Position numbers and translations under genes: made by a program. From Lama guanicoe (lineage: Eukaryota), in contig MU054212.1 in the NCBI GenBank assembly GCA_013239625.1, forward strand, positions 6,298,270-6,362,269: a stretch of DNA of 64,000 nucleotides. The letters are read 5' to 3'. Below, piece by piece: positions 50,441 to 64,000 of the stretch (position 1 is the first letter of the stretch; each line of letters starts with the position of its first letter). The notes under the pieces were generated by a model that saw only the letters and a list, made by a program, of their open reading frames with translations, had not been told where the DNA came from and ran no database searches.

Positions 50441-53400
50441 GAAGACTTTTAAAAAGCCTATTTATGAAAGTAATATAACCACTTAACAGTTTGGAAAGTA
50501 AGAATAAAATAACCCACAAGAGTTCAAACTCAACAGAACTACACTGATTAGGATTTTGGGCTAATATTGGTACATTTTTGTCCCAATTGCTTTAAAAATA
50601 GAGCCAGGGTCTTTAAGATACTAAACATGGACCCAACGACATTTAAATTCGGTATAAGGAAGGATAAATATTTCTACTCAAACTTGTGGATGTCAATATT
50701 GCTGACTCTACATGAAGCCCCATTAACTAAAGATAAAATAGACCTCTTCTAAGAAATTTGAAGAGTTTTTAAATGAGGTTTTAAAACTCTTGTAGGTTGT
50801 GAATCACGTTTTAAAGTTTGTCCTTCTTTATTTTAGCAAACTATAAATTGAAGAGTTTTCATTTCTACTTTATACAATAAAAAGATAATGTGAGTTTTAA
50901 AAACACCAAAGTTCATACTGTAGTGATGACCCTCTGGTTTCAAAATACACATGAAACCCCACTGGTCAAGGTTTTGTATTTCTGTTCCACATTAAGTTTT
51001 ATGGCCTATCAGGAATGTAAAGCATGATGTTTCAATAAAATTGCAATTTATTAGATAAGTTCCTACTTTTTGATTAATGTACTTTGCTTTTGAATGATAT
51101 CCCTATTTCTAACTAGAAAGAGAGCAAACATTAGCAGAATTGTTTGCAAGAAAGTTGACGCAAGCATTTTTCTAGGAACCTGTATCTTATTAATTTCTTG
51201 GTCCTTTGGTTAAACTTTTGGTACTTCTGTCTTCTCAACTTTAAATTTTCTGGCGCACTATTGGATTTCCTTACATCGTTAAAAAAAAAAGTTTAAAGTA
51301 ATCAATGATACTGTCTTAATGTAAGTAGGAAGTAATTTGAATTCAATTACGTTAAACTAGAAAGGAGGACGCAGGCACCATATGAAATGCATTTGAGTGC
51401 CTTAGTCATATGTCCCTTTTAATCACAATTATATATTCACTTTCTTGGCTCTCCAGTGGTTTTAAAAGGTTATCTTTAGATTTATTACTCATTAATCTGA
51501 CTCAAATTTATCAGTAGAGAAGACTTATGTAAAACTATTGATGCCAGTAGAAGAACAACAATTACACTTCTTGGCCCTAATTTAACTCGGATATAAATAG
51601 TACATTAATAAAAGTTCGGACATTTTCCATGAAAAGCTTTACAGTAGGGAGTGAAGGGGCTGCATAACACAAGTTTCACACAGTTCAATCAAGTTCATGA
51701 ATATATGCTTCATTTAGCTGAGTTTAGCCAAGAGAAGTGTGGAGATAATTAGCTCAAGGATGACCTTAAATAGTCAATGTCCTGGAAACCCGGTTAAAAA
51801 ATATTCTAGGTAATATCTTGAAAAGTGAAAATGTAAGTATTTCTTTTTTCCAGGCCTCTTTCTAAAACAGAAAACATCGCTAACCCAACAAAACCTCAAA
51901 CGTTGCTCAGTGTGACTGGATACCACAGTTCAAGTCTGACCAGCTACCCTATATTAAAATTCTCAGTACATTCTTTGAAAAGATGGATTAAAATATTAGT
52001 TTCCATGCCATAAAGAAATGCCTGTGAAAGGGAATCTTTTCTTCAGGGTAGGTACACAGCTGTTGATATGTAGATTTACGGAATTACATGTGTCTGAAAT
52101 AGATGTTTTTCTGTGCAAACACGTTTCGTCTGAAATGCCCAAATTTAAATGGAAAAATAATAAAATGATTAGAAAATGCTTTTAGAGCTAAACATTCTGA
52201 ATGTTTAAAGTCAAACCAAGCACCCTCTTTTCCCTCTCAATCCCCATCCCAAACAGAGCCCTTCTGAGCAGCTGCAGGATACACCCTTATCAGAAAACAG
52301 GCAGGCTCCAATTTACAAATGTACGGTCTTCCAAAAGTTCACTTACTAGTCAGTTCTTCAAAAATTCAACATTTTTCCAAAGAAACAAGATTAAAGTTGG
52401 GGGTGAAGTTGCCCGATCAGCACAGAAAATCTCATTTAAAACATAACAATACTAAGACAAGGCCAAGAGTTCTATAGAACACTGGGAAAATGCATGCCAG
52501 GCCAAGCCCCTCTAGGGTGGCAGGAACCCCATCTTCTTGTGCTGGCCTGAGAGTGGGGAATCCTATCTTTCTCACTGTGGGTGCAGAACACTTCCACTGT
52601 TGGAGGGTTTTTGGAGTATCCTCTGTAAGGCAGGTCTGGGGTGTAGCCTCTAAGAGGTCACAGTTTCAGACAAGGAGCAGACCCATGGGTTAGGGGAAGA
52701 CAAGCTGAATGGGGCCATGGGGGGAGGTGGCTGGGGTAGGGAGCTGAGATGGGGTAGAAATTGAAAGAGAAAGAGAAGGGAGGCAGGGCCTAGGGGTAGG
52801 TTAGTGAGGATTGGTATGAGCCAGAGTCTACCTTCCTCCTTTCTGCACATCAACTTTCTCTTTCCCCAGGACCAGATCTGTGAGCATCTGTGATTATGAG
52901 GCAAGGCAAGAATCTCCATGGAAAATGGGTTTAGAAGGATAAGAATGGAGGACAAAGAATTCTAGGCTGACCTGGGGTCTGTAGAAGAAGAAACCCCAGC
53001 TGTGGCCATGGGATAGAGGAGTTCCCTTCTAGAACTGCTGCTAATATGTACGAGGTAAAAACTGAGAACACGAAGGGACTTAGAATATAAATAACAAAAG
53101 AGTTCAATTAATTTTTTTTATTAATAAGAGACCAACTCGCACTGAATCTTTCAATGATACATTTCCATATGCCATCTAGATCACCTGTTGCTTCTGACAG
53201 AGCACTGAGTTTTTAGAAGAGCCTGATGTTAATATGGAAAGAAAAGTTATATTGATTTTTCATTTAGAATGAAAACTTATGGGCACATCTTTTTTCACTG
53301 ACTTTCATTCCATTTACATTAAATTAATATTTTCAAATGTCCTCACATAAAGAAACGTACAAACAAATTCTAATCAGGTGCTAATGAAATCGAAAGCATT

Positions 53401-54849
53401 TTGTCCAATAAATCTTCGTTGTGTGTCAGATATTTTCTCAGTGTAAAGGATGTGGGGTCAGAAGTCCTAAAATGTTACTTTTATTTCTTAGTGACAGTTT
53501 TGCCACATAAAAGAAGTATCTCCTCAATTACTAGCTGGCCTGTGAGCACCACTATTTATTTACATAACAGCTATTTTGTTAAAAGTATGGCCAACTTTTT
53601 TGACCTTGGCCCAACTATAAGGGCTAAGAGAATTTGTCACACTTTGGTAAGTTCTCAAGTAACTGTCACAGCTTACTGAATTTCTTCCTTTGATTATACA
53701 AGGATCTTCTTTACCTATAGGCTTTAACTTTTGAGTTACATTAGGTAAATGTACATTAGAAACAACCTAAGATTTGATAGTAGGTTAAGGATAAGAGAAA
53801 GATGAGTCATGGAAGGAGAAATGATCTTTTAATCACTTTGACTACGGTGAAATCACACCACCTTGGCAAGTGGATGCTAAGGTGCTTTTTGATCATGAAA
53901 CGATTCTATGCTGTCCTGTGAGTGTGTGGAAATACTGGTCAATGGAATCTGGATCTTTCTAATTAAGAACCGTTAGAGAGCTGGGAAGAAATTAATATAG
54001 GGAAGAAGAGGAGGTAGTGGAACCTGTGAACAAAAGGAACAGAGGCAATAAGGGGGAAGGAAAAGAAAGATCATAAAATCTGTTGTTACTATATTGACTA
54101 CTTAGAAACGAACCATTACAAATGATGTTCTACAGAGGTCTATGCTGAGAAACTGGTGAATATTAGGGAAGCCAAAGAAACCATAGATAACATTCATGAG
54201 GTATAAATAATCTTGTGTAATCTAAAGTCACAAATGCACTAGCATTATCAGATTGCAGAAAAAAGGAGAGAATAATTTAGTACCAGACTTTGTGCCTTTT
54301 CCGCTCCATGGTTATGTTTTGTGTCCCCTATATTGAAATCCCTATTAGTGGTGAAAAGGCTGTTTAACAATATAAGCAAAGCAGCATTAGCAAAGGATTC
54401 TGTGAAAGAGTTTCCTAGATTTTGTGTGCACTTCTAAACATGAACAGCTTTGTCTAAAAGTATGAAAAAATCATTAAAGCATATAGATGGGCCAAGTTTG
54501 AGACAACTGTATTATATAATACACTCTACTTCAGTGGCTAAAGAGTGCCTGGTACCCAGCACATCAGGTCAACAGATACTTGTTACATGATTGAATGAAC
54601 ATTAAGATAAAGAAGAGATAGCTATGGCTGGAAGAATTTAGTTTTCATCTGGGAGAGTCCGAAGTTAACTCTAAAAGCTTATCTCCACATAAAAACTTGC
54701 TTCTTTTCTATCTACAATGCAAGTTTAAAACTTTAATAACACATTGTAGCTAAGAGAGAAACAAGCTATAATTCTCTCTAAACCTCCGCAAAAGCAGGAT
54801 TGACATTTTGATCATCCCAGAACCGGCTAGAAGAGACCACAGAGATAGC

Positions 54850-54975
54850 AAAGGCCAACTCCCTCAATTCACTGGTTAAACTTGGCCCAGAGAGGTCAAA
54901 TGATTTGCTTGAGGTCACAGAGCAGAGCAGCCATTAGAATTCTAGTCCTGTGACCTCCCTCCAGTGTTTTACTCT
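54850..54975 (-). mobile_element. MIR fragment
   Basis: ggcccagagaggtcaaatgatttgcttgaggtcacagag. Confidence 0.6.
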
Positions 54976-55584
54976 TTACCATGTATAAATAAATGTTTTG
55001 TGAGAAAGCAGAAGTTATGGGCAAGATAAGTGAAGAGGGAGTGACAGAAGAAGCTACTGTGTTTGCCTGATGATAAATTTACCACAGAGATCATTGTGTC
55101 ACTGGGGTCTGTTTCAGAAAAGTCCACACTAAAGTGTGTTTATAGGCCATTAACAGAATGAAAATTTGGAGTCAGAGATAGAAGAAAAAAATTTTTAAGA
55201 GACAACAGCCCCCAGATCATTATCCATATTGAAGACCTTATGTGTAATGATGACTTAGTCTAAGGTTTTGTTACAAATCTGTATCTAATTCCTTTAAAAA
55301 AAAAAGACTCTCAAAACAAGAAGTTTATGGGGAAGAACAAAATAATGCCACTTAGCATTGTATCTTTGGATAAATAAATAAAATTTTCTTATTTTGCATC
55401 TTTGGAATAGATATGGTTTAGATATAGCCCTTTTATCTGGATTTCTATTTATGATAATTATTTATCAATTTTACTTTAAGAAATCAAGAACAGAGAGGAA
55501 AGTGGTCAAAATTACTGGCTTTCCAGCCATGTTTCAGAGCTTTACAACTCAATGTTTCAGTCACTAATAAAAATAGAAGGAAAA

Positions 55585-55720
55585 GGGGGAAGGTATAGCT
55601 AATTGGTGGAGTGTGTGCTTGGCATGCATGAGGTCCTGGGTTCAATCCCCAGTGTCTTTGCTTAATAAATAAATAAACAAACCTAATTACCCGCTCCCCC
55701 AAAGAAAAGCCAAACAAGAT
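55585..55720 (+). mobile_element. vic-1-type camelid tRNA-derived SINE, full length
   Basis: gggggaaggtatagctaattggtggagtgtgtgcttggcatgcatgaggtcctgggttcaatccccagt...(taaa)n..acctaattacc; TSD tagaaggaaaa at 55574-55584 and 55721-55731. Confidence 0.92.
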
Positions 55721-56809
55721 TAGAAGGAAAAAATTCAACAAACATATAAACACATCAGAAATTTATTTCATTTTTATCTTTTTAAATAATGACAACTAAA
55801 AACTACTGGTTTCATCCTGATGTTTATAAACATAGGGGAATGAAAGGCTTTTTCCGTACTATCTTGAAACTCTTAAGTTTGATTTAAATTCACAGACAGA
55901 ACAGAGAAAAATGTGTTAGCAGGTAAAGAAATAGTCTGTAAAAGAAATGGAGGTTTTTCAAGCAAACAGAAGTAATCAAAAAATTATAAGCCTACCAAAC
56001 TGAGTATGATTTAAGTTCACACAATTGTTGGAAGAAAGAACACTCCGTAGAGTGAAAAGGAAAATTCCATACACACTTATTAGGACAGAAGGCTTATTTT
56101 AGAAAATGAACGTATCTTTAAGTGCTCTTTGTTGCTACGAGCAACAGTCTTACAACCACATTTTGTCAGGTCATCATTACCCCAAAGCAGACCTTGCCAT
56201 TCTAGAGAAGCACTTTTCTTTCATTCAGGATTTCTAAGGAAACGGCTTTCGTCTTAGGCAACTAAACATCTGGCTTCTTGGTTTGTTTTAAGAAGTGAAA
56301 ACGGGAAAAGAATGAATCACCACGGGGCAGGTCAGGTTAGCAATTCTTTCCTATTAAAAAAAAAAAAGTAACAGTTTCCAAAAACTTTTCCGTGAGAAAA
56401 TGACTAATTCAAAATGCACCGATTATTATAGATCAGGGATTTTCAAACATGTCTAACGACCATTCACGTTCATCTCCCATGTTTGCTTTCTAAACTCTTA
56501 CAAGCAGTTTCACTTTATGACTCTGCAAAGTAAAAGCGACCAGGAGGAAAAAAGAGTGAAATTATTCAAGTTCTACTGCTAGGCTGTTTGAGTTTTCCCA
56601 TCGCAAAGCTAGTAACAAAAATGGAATCTTGCGGGGGTCCTCTCTTCGATTCTTGGGACATACTCTTCTTTTCATTTCTTTCCTACTTAACAGCCAGATA
56701 GTTTAGTTATGATTTATTACTCTGCTTTTCTGCTCACTAATACTTATTTATATTTCTCAAATACATAATAATGACAACAAAGATGATGACTACTATTCCC
56801 ACCACCACC

Positions 56810-57025
56810 AAATATTGAAAACTTCCTAGACAGCAGATACTGTACAAGTGCCTTATGTACATCTTTCAATATCCACTATGGTATACGGTCTCACCTCACC
56901 AGTTTTACAAGTAAGAAACTGAGGCTCGCTTAATTAAGCCATTTGGCCCAGGCCATATGACTAGCAAAGAGCAAAACCGGAATTTGAACCCAGGTTTATC
57001 TGACTGAGCCAAAACCCTCCAGTAA
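56810..57025 (-). mobile_element. MIR SINE
   Basis: ttttacaagtaagaaactgaggctc...ggaatttgaacccaggtttatctgact. Confidence 0.8.
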
Positions 57026-57109
57026 GGTGTGAAAACTATCTCTCCTAAGAGAACCATCATTCTGACCATATTTGAAGAGCCAAGACTTACAGTTTCGCTC
57101 TTTAAACCT

Positions 57110-57600
57110 TTCCCCACATATTAATGGCTTCCATTATATGTCTGGTTTTAAAATAAAAACCTTAACGGAGTTTTGGGTCCTGGCTGTGTGGTCCCTCCCT
57201 GTCTTGGAAGTTCAGTGCCGTGCTGCCTTACTCTTTCCATTCTGAGCTCTAGGGACACGGACCCTCTGTGGGTTCCTTTCACACAAAGAGCTTGTTCTTG
57301 CCTCAAGGACTTTGCACACTCTGTTCCCTGTGCTGGCCATACTCTTTTCCCATAACACATTGCTCAGGTTTCAGCTCACAAGTCATTTCCTCAGAAAGGT
57401 TTTTCCTGAACTCAAATTAGCTCTTCCTTTTCAACTCTGAAGACACCTTGACCTCTTCATTTATAGCCTTTATCTCAACATGCCTCCCTGGGCTGTGGGC
57501 TCCCCGATGACATTGTCTGATTGTCTCTTGTTCAACCCCGCATCTTCAGTTTCTAGCACAGTCTAAGGCACATGACCTGAACGGGTACCTAGAAGAGCCA
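57110..57600 (+). mobile_element. LINE-2 3' fragment
   Basis: cctcaaggactttgcacactctgttccctgtgctgg...tcaggtttcagctcacaagtcatttcctcagaaagg...tctagcacagtctaaggcaca. Confidence 0.8.
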
Positions 57601-57728
57601 CTAAAGACTGGGGGGAGGGCCCGCCTTTGATGGTTTCATCAGCTCCGCCTGGCACTCTAAGGCATGCAGGAAGTAATGGTACCTGCATGGGAGTGTCCAT
57701 CCTGTACAAAACTGCTTTATCTACAATG

Positions 57729-57792
57729 GAAAGAAAGGAGAGGAAGAAAGAAAGGAGGAGAGAGGAGAAGGGAGAGAAGGGAAAAGAAAAAA
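57729..57792. repeat. Polypurine (GA-rich) low-complexity tract
   Basis: 64 consecutive purines on the + strand. Confidence 0.85.
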
Positions 57793-58373
57793 TTTCATCT
57801 AAGTCACAAGTCATGCCTATTTCCTTATACTAAACAGTGATCTCTAGAATATTGCAATTTCAAATAATTTTAATGAATAAATAAGACACAACTATAAATA
57901 ACAAACTTTAAGTAAACACGGCAGAAGGCATATATCCAAATTAGCAATGCATTTCAGATACATCACTCTGAGGGCTGCAGAGAGACTACTGTGACTGTCA
58001 CTGTTCTAGACATTTCTAAGGCTCCTCTTTGGTAACTGCCTTTAAAATGAATTTACTAACCAAACAGGAAAATTGGCCTCCTCGCTTTATGGTGACAAGC
58101 CACTGTCTCTCAGTTGGCACTGTCTGTCCCCTTCTCTGTATAAACATGATGCACTCAGTTTAGCCCCCACCGCTGAGCATGAGGATGTGCATGGGCCAGA
58201 AGCGTACAGATCTGCAGCAGATTTAATGGGTTCAGTCAGTCTGTGGAGGAAGCGGGCAGAAGAGACCCCTTCAGAGGGCATCAGACATGCATGCTTTCCC
58301 CAGAGTGGCCCCACAGTAACACAGGTGGGAGGCACCAACTGCCATGTGGTGACCGGCCAGGAAACAAGAACTG

Positions 58374-58387
58374 CCTGCAGGGGGCGC
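58374..58387 (+). promoter_or_regulatory. Candidate CTCF core motif CCTGCAGGGGGCGC
   Basis: Near-consensus match to CCASYAGRKGGCRS; motif only, no binding data. Confidence 0.55.
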
Positions 58388-58452
58388 TGCTCACCACAAG
58401 AAGTCAACTGAGGCCTCAGAATTGGCCCTGAAGGGCCCGATTTTAGTCCCTC

Positions 58453-58488
58453 CCCAAATGGTGCCACGGACCCAAATGGTGCCACGAA
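58453..58488. repeat. 18-bp tandem duplication (CCCAAATGGTGCCACGRA x2)
   Basis: Read directly. Confidence 0.9.
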
Positions 58489-58584
58489 CTTAGACTCTCA
58501 CTTCTCTGTTGTGCAGCCCTGATATCCTTTCCTAGGAAAACCATCTTGCTCAGTATACAGTTCAGGATTAAAAGCAACCAGGGC

Positions 58585-59240
58585 CCGGGGCAGGGAGGCA
58601 TGAACAGGCAGAGCACAGAAGATTCTTAGGATGACATTAGAACGATGGATACACATCATTACAAAGTCGTCAAGCCCCCAGAACATACAACACTGCCACG
58701 GAATGAATATCTGTGTCTTCCCGCCACCCCTCTCCCCCAATTCACATGTTCGAAACCCAGTCCTCAATGTGATGATATCAGGAGATGGGGCTTTTGGGAG
58801 GTGGTCAGGTCTTAAGGGTGGAGCCCTAATGAGTGGGATTAGTGCCCACATAAAAGAGACCGGAGCTCCCTCCCCTTCCACACAGCGAGGACACAGGCCT
58901 GTGCCTTGATCTTGGACTTCCCAGCCTCCAAAACTGGGAGAAGGAAATTTCTGTTGCGTATAAGCCATCCAGTCTGTGGTAGTCTGCTGTATCAGCCAGA
59001 AGACACTGAAGCCAACACCAAGAGTGAGCCCTGCTGTAAACAGGGACTCGGGTGATAAGGATGGATCTGCGCAGGTTCCTCAGTTGTAACAAATGGACCA
59101 CTCTGGTGGGGGGTGTTGATAGCAGAGGAGGCCATACATGGGTAGGGGCAGGAAGTCTACGGGAAGTGGTAACTTTCCCTCAATTGTGCCATGAACCTAA
59201 AGCTGCTCTAAAAAAATAAAGTCTATTAAAAAAAAAAAAA
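58585..59240 (+). mobile_element. L1MC1-like 3' end with poly(A), split by an MLT1 LTR
   Basis: atgaacaggcagagcacagaagatt...tacaacac|LTR|acaccaagagtgagccc...ccactctggtggggggtgttgatag...ctctaaaaaaataaagtctattaaaaaaaa. Confidence 0.85.
58694..59014 (+). mobile_element. MLT1A-like MaLR solo LTR
   Basis: aattcacatgttcgaaaccc...ggagatggggcttttgggagg...gggtggagccctaatgagtgggattagtgcc...ccttgatcttggacttcccagcctccaaaactg; TSD (a)acac on both sides. Confidence 0.88.
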
Positions 59241-59511
59241 CAAGAACAAAACCCAAAATACAATCTTTTGGTGTCAAATGTCTTCTTTAAAAGGGCAAAG
59301 AACTAACTAATAAAAGACACTAGAACAATTTTCTAGGGGTTCATGAAATACATGACTTCCAAACTCTGCTGGGAGGAATGTGCACTGACTCCAATCCTTG
59401 TGGCCACAGGAATGCCTGGGTATAAAAACAGGCCACTAGGAAGGTCAGGGTCACAGGAAGGAGTAGCAAACCTCAGTCAGGCCAGAATTCAGACCATGTA
59501 TCTATCAGAAG

Positions 59512-59670
59512 CAGGTCTGGCTACATAATTTGTAGGGTTGAAGGCTAAATGAAAATGTGGAGCCCGTTGTCCCTAAATTATCAAGAATTTCAGACCAGTG
59601 ACAGCAGGGCATCTGCCAAGTGTGGGGCCCCGGTGACCGCACAGGATGCATCATGGGTGAGCCCATGGCG
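59512..59670. mobile_element. MER45A hAT-Tip100 MITE
   Basis: ggctacataatttgtaggg...aaatgaaaatgtggagccc...aattatcaagaatttcaga...gacagcagggcat. Confidence 0.75.
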
Positions 59671-62600
59671 CCAGACCCACAGAGGGCCAGAGAGCCTCTT
59701 TTTCACTTTTGATTCTTGAATGACATTTCTGCCAAGATTCTCTTTTCCGCCGTGTGGTTTGCTCTGGACAGTCCTGTTGCAGACACTCCCCGCAAGTCTG
59801 ATGCTCCTCGGTGGCCTGTCCTCACCTAAGAGGGAGGCACTAAAACTGGGACGGATGGGAAGTTCTGTGCATGTGAATGAGCTGGGCTGGCTGATTTCAC
59901 TGTAGGTGGATTGGCTGGGGAGCATCATTAGGGAATCCCCAAATGTTAGCATCTACAGGCCCTTTCCAAAAAAGAATCCTTCTGCCTGGATTTGTTAACA
60001 CTGGCCAGCAGACGCCTCAAAGCCAAGTGAGGGAGGGTTCGGGGGGTTACAGTGGGGGTCTGACTTTCACAGAACTCCTGTTCTTAATACTGGTGTCTTA
60101 TCCTCACTATGGTTCCAGTCTACTGAAAATTCGATCATTATGGGTGAAATTTCCATAATTTACTCCAGAGACTTGTTAGTATCTTTCATTCTCCGTCATG
60201 TCCTCCCTTCTTCTGTTTGTTCTTAAGAGTCTCTACTCTACTTGGTCCTTCACTTCTTGTTTTCTGGGTTTGGGGAAGGAGCAAATACTAAACATTGGTG
60301 CCCAATCAGTACATTTAATCAGAGTTCTCCCTTTGCGTCAGGGCCTCAAACAAAAATACTGTTATGACGGCAGCGTTTCCAGTTAGGTGGAAATATATTT
60401 CCACTTAATATTCTTTTTAAAACGCTGACATTCTCACAGATGACAGAATTCTGATCTTTACTCACTAGATCCTGCCATGCAAGCCTTACCCCAGGCACAG
60501 TCCTGCCAGGTCTTTTTAGAGGAATGAGTTTTTCTTTCCACCCTGTCATCACTACCACCACCACCACCACCCTGCACAGGAACCCACTCATACGCAGATG
60601 ATCTAATTCAGGGATCACAGAGAGAGAATTCTGAAATCGGAGACTGGCTCCTTACCTCCCGCACACGCTCCTGCTCCACCACACACACCTGACCTACTTC
60701 CTCATTCACTTTTTGTTGGCAGGAGCCTAAGGATTCTGGCTGTTTTTCGTATTAGAGCCAGTTAAGCATGATGAGGAAGGCAAATTTTGGCTGCAAAAAT
60801 CAATCAGAAATAAAATGATATACCAGAATTAAAATATTTTAAAATATTTGTTTCCCTTCAATGAAATTAAGAAGGAAGAATCCAACCAAAATATTCCTTG
60901 TGAACAACTAGATCGTATTAACTTTAATAGCATGATTAACCACCAGCTCATTTGGGTGAATAAGCCAACTCTCTTTAAGTTTTGATTTTAGATGGAAAAT
61001 TATTTTCAAAGTATTTATTTGACATTCCATCCTCCTCCCCAATGCCATGAACAGGAAATGGAATTAAGACATTCTATGAAAGACTTTACATGAGTATTTG
61101 ATAATTTCCCAATATCCTGTTTAAGCAAATTATTAAAAAAAAAGTTTGTAAAGCAGTTATATTTCCTAGTAGAGTTTATAAAATGTATTATGATTATCTC
61201 ATATAAAGTCAGCATCAGTAAGTTAAATTGATAGGTAGGAACTGGAATGGAAACCATTCACTCAAACATCTTGAAGATCTATGTGCCAGGTTAATGATTA
61301 AAAGGTTGAGCACAGTGCACATCTTTACATCAGTGTGTTTCCATTTTAAATGTCATCATCTATATGTGTTGCTTAACAATGATTACTGTCAAGCAGTCAT
61401 ACAAGAATAAAAGTTTATAAGCCACTTCTGCCACCTTCAATAGCTACTAGCATCTACCACAGCCGGTCTGGCAAGGAGCATGGGAAGGCACAAGACAGAG
61501 GTACAACAATCAAACATGCAGATCCTCAGTATTTGGACTAAGTAGCTATGATCTTCAGTATTTCCCACACCAGATGTTCCAACTCCCAGAATTCCCATCC
61601 CAGGATACAGCCTCTCATTTCCCCATCTTTGCATCAGTCTTCACTATTCCTACTTCCTTTCCATTCTGGTACATTTAACCTCAGGCACCCAAGTGATCTC
61701 TCTTGAGCATGCCGTTTTCTAGAAGACCTTTTCATATCCTTTGTAAATGCCTTTTAAAGAATTTTAGTGGGTTAATAAGGATCTAACTCCTCTTGTATTC
61801 CTAAATTAAATGTACTTTAAATTACAAATAATATTTGAAACCATAATGTGCCTTCAGTTGCTAAATATATGTAGCTCATCAGTGATGAACAAATGGAATG
61901 TGTGATTTTCTGTTTTTCATACATCAGTGGTAAACACAAATTATAGAAAAGAGAAAGAAATTTTTGGGGAGCATGAAACACTTAAGAACACAGAAAACCT
62001 TTAAAACACCAATTATTTTTAGGAAGTCAAAAACCATTGCCTAACCATTAACTTTCATCATGGTTCCATTTCTTTGTAAAGGTAAATTTACTTTCTGGAC
62101 ATTACCTTGCCACTGTTTTTTTTTTTATAAAATAAATATAATGTCATAATTACACAGTTAACCATCTTGGTTAGAATTATCAGTGATCATCTATGTGTCA
62201 TTTATAATCAGTAAAATTGAAAGAAATAAAATTCCTTTAGAATTTCCTTGATTCAACATTTTCAACTCTTGGTAGGAGATCCTTTTGATCCAAGCACTGA
62301 AAGCTTAGGTCTCAAGCTTCATTCTTGACAAATCAGGCTCCAATAAAGGATTTGAAAATTTATGCAGAAATTAGAAAAGGCTTCAAGAGTTCACTCAATC
62401 TAAGAACCCTGGAACATTCTGAACTTTCACAAGAGAAAAAGCCTTTGTAGATTTTCAGTCATCAACATGTAGAGGGGAGGGTTGTTTTGAAGAGGCTCAG
62501 GTGACTTCCTGGAACTTTCCGAAATACCACAGGAGAAGCCCTTGACCAATCTGACTCCAAGGCATACTCTGGTCAAGGTCATCTTTCTGATACATGAAAA

Positions 62601-64000
62601 GAACAATTTCAACAGCGCCCTGCCCTAAGTGTTTACCCCTGCCCTTCCTTCCCCCACACAGAGCATGCAACACAGAAACAGCAAGTGCAGTGGAAAAGCA
62701 AAATCCATAAGCAAGAACTATATTTATGGATTTTATAAAAGTCTGATGTGCTAGTGTTAACAAAAACATTTTGCCTCTCGTGACTACATTAATGTTAGCA
62801 AAATACATGATAAAATTCTCTAATCTAGCTTATAGGACTGATGTACAGAAAATTACTTAATAAATATAAAGCAAATGTTAACAGCAGTAAAAAACAAAAA
62901 AACGAAAAACATGGAAAAAGTACACCAGTACACAAGATGAAGATAAATTAGACCAGAGTTGAAAAATCTGAGAATATACCATGTACCAGGTACATTTAAG
63001 AGCACAAGAACTAAATTAAGGATGCAACTGATTTCCAGAGTGTTAACTTAATGAGATCAGAGTACTGAAGGGCAAAGTAAAAACTCAAACCCAAGGCTCT
63101 TTAAAACCTGTGCCCTTAGTCACCTATAGGAACTTTCAAAAATGGGCAAAGGGCAGTGAGGTGGAATTTACATTCCTAGCCTTCATGAAGAATGTTGGTA
63201 GAGAATCATAATTAAAAATATTAACCAGAACCTTCAAATACATATATATATGTATGTATGTGTTTTATTTTTATTGGGAAACAATAAACATCGTTCCACC
63301 TGCCTTTAACTTTGATGCTCTAGTCTGACAATGACAGATATTTTAGTATATTTAACAGAAAAAAAATTAGCCATTCACACCATCATGGAATGCCATCATT
63401 CTACACCCACAGCTATACTAGAACAATAGGAACCATCTTGATTTCAAATATTCTGTTCGCTGTACAAACATATCATGGAGATTGCCTGTAAATCCAATAA
63501 AGACTATAAATATCTCAGATATTTAGATAGATACAAAAATCTTTTGTAAGATCATGGTCTCAATTTTTGGTTCAAAAAATATGGAGGTGATGACACTATA
63601 GGGAAATGTCCTTTATATTCTGTGATGGGGAAATGGGAAGCGGAAATGAGGAGGTGGGGTTGATCAAAACTCTAAGGACAGTGACAACACACTTCCTGAC
63701 TTGTTTCCACTCCCACCGGCCTGCCTGCCTCACTCCACCCAAGGCTCATTTCAGGCTTTCTGCTTATTTACCACCTCTGCCCCCAGGACCTCATCAAAAG
63801 GCCCTTCCTCTGAGCACTAATCCTAACTCCCTCAGGCTCGTCTTAGAAGGAAAGCCATTAAAATAATGCAAAAGAAGCGTGATTTTTCTTTTTTAAGTAT
63901 GAGTTAAACCCCTGGAGGTCATGCATTGGATAAGTAAAAGTTAAGCGAGGAATTCCATTGTTAGGTAGAGGAGGATTTATGGAGGTGGTGGAAGATTTCC

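Noticed and set aside
55585..55655. tRNA-like sequences here and at 28840
   Set aside because: Degenerate stems, AT-rich tail and TSD show these are SINE heads, not tRNA genes.

Overview
Mammalian genomic DNA, most likely a camelid (camel/alpaca/llama): two tRNA-derived vic-1-type SINEs and cetartiodactyl-type L1 3' ends are present, and I saw no Alu, B1, Bov-A/BovB or PRE1 elements. The window lies inside the minus-strand gene GAREM1 (FAM59A, GRB2-associated regulator of MAPK1). Two coding exons are present: a 131-nt exon (15518-15648) and a 1173-nt exon (2734-3906). They splice in frame, have GT-AG boundaries and correspond to human exons 3 and 4 as I recall them. Everything else is intronic, with ordinary interspersed repeats (L1, L2, MIR, MER58A, MER33, MER45A, MLT1, MLT2, LTR33, a MER41-like solo LTR) and microsatellites. 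All other ORFs in the track look spurious. I found no previously undescribed multi-gene system. The best leads are: a MER41-like solo LTR with a STAT motif of altered spacing plus a YY1 site; a recent non-tandem templated insertion; a chimeric L1 3' end; a small CpG-dense patch just upstream of the 131-nt exon; and several candidate enhancer/CTCF sites. Repeat family names come from remembered consensus sequences, not from a search, and old-repeat boundaries are approximate.
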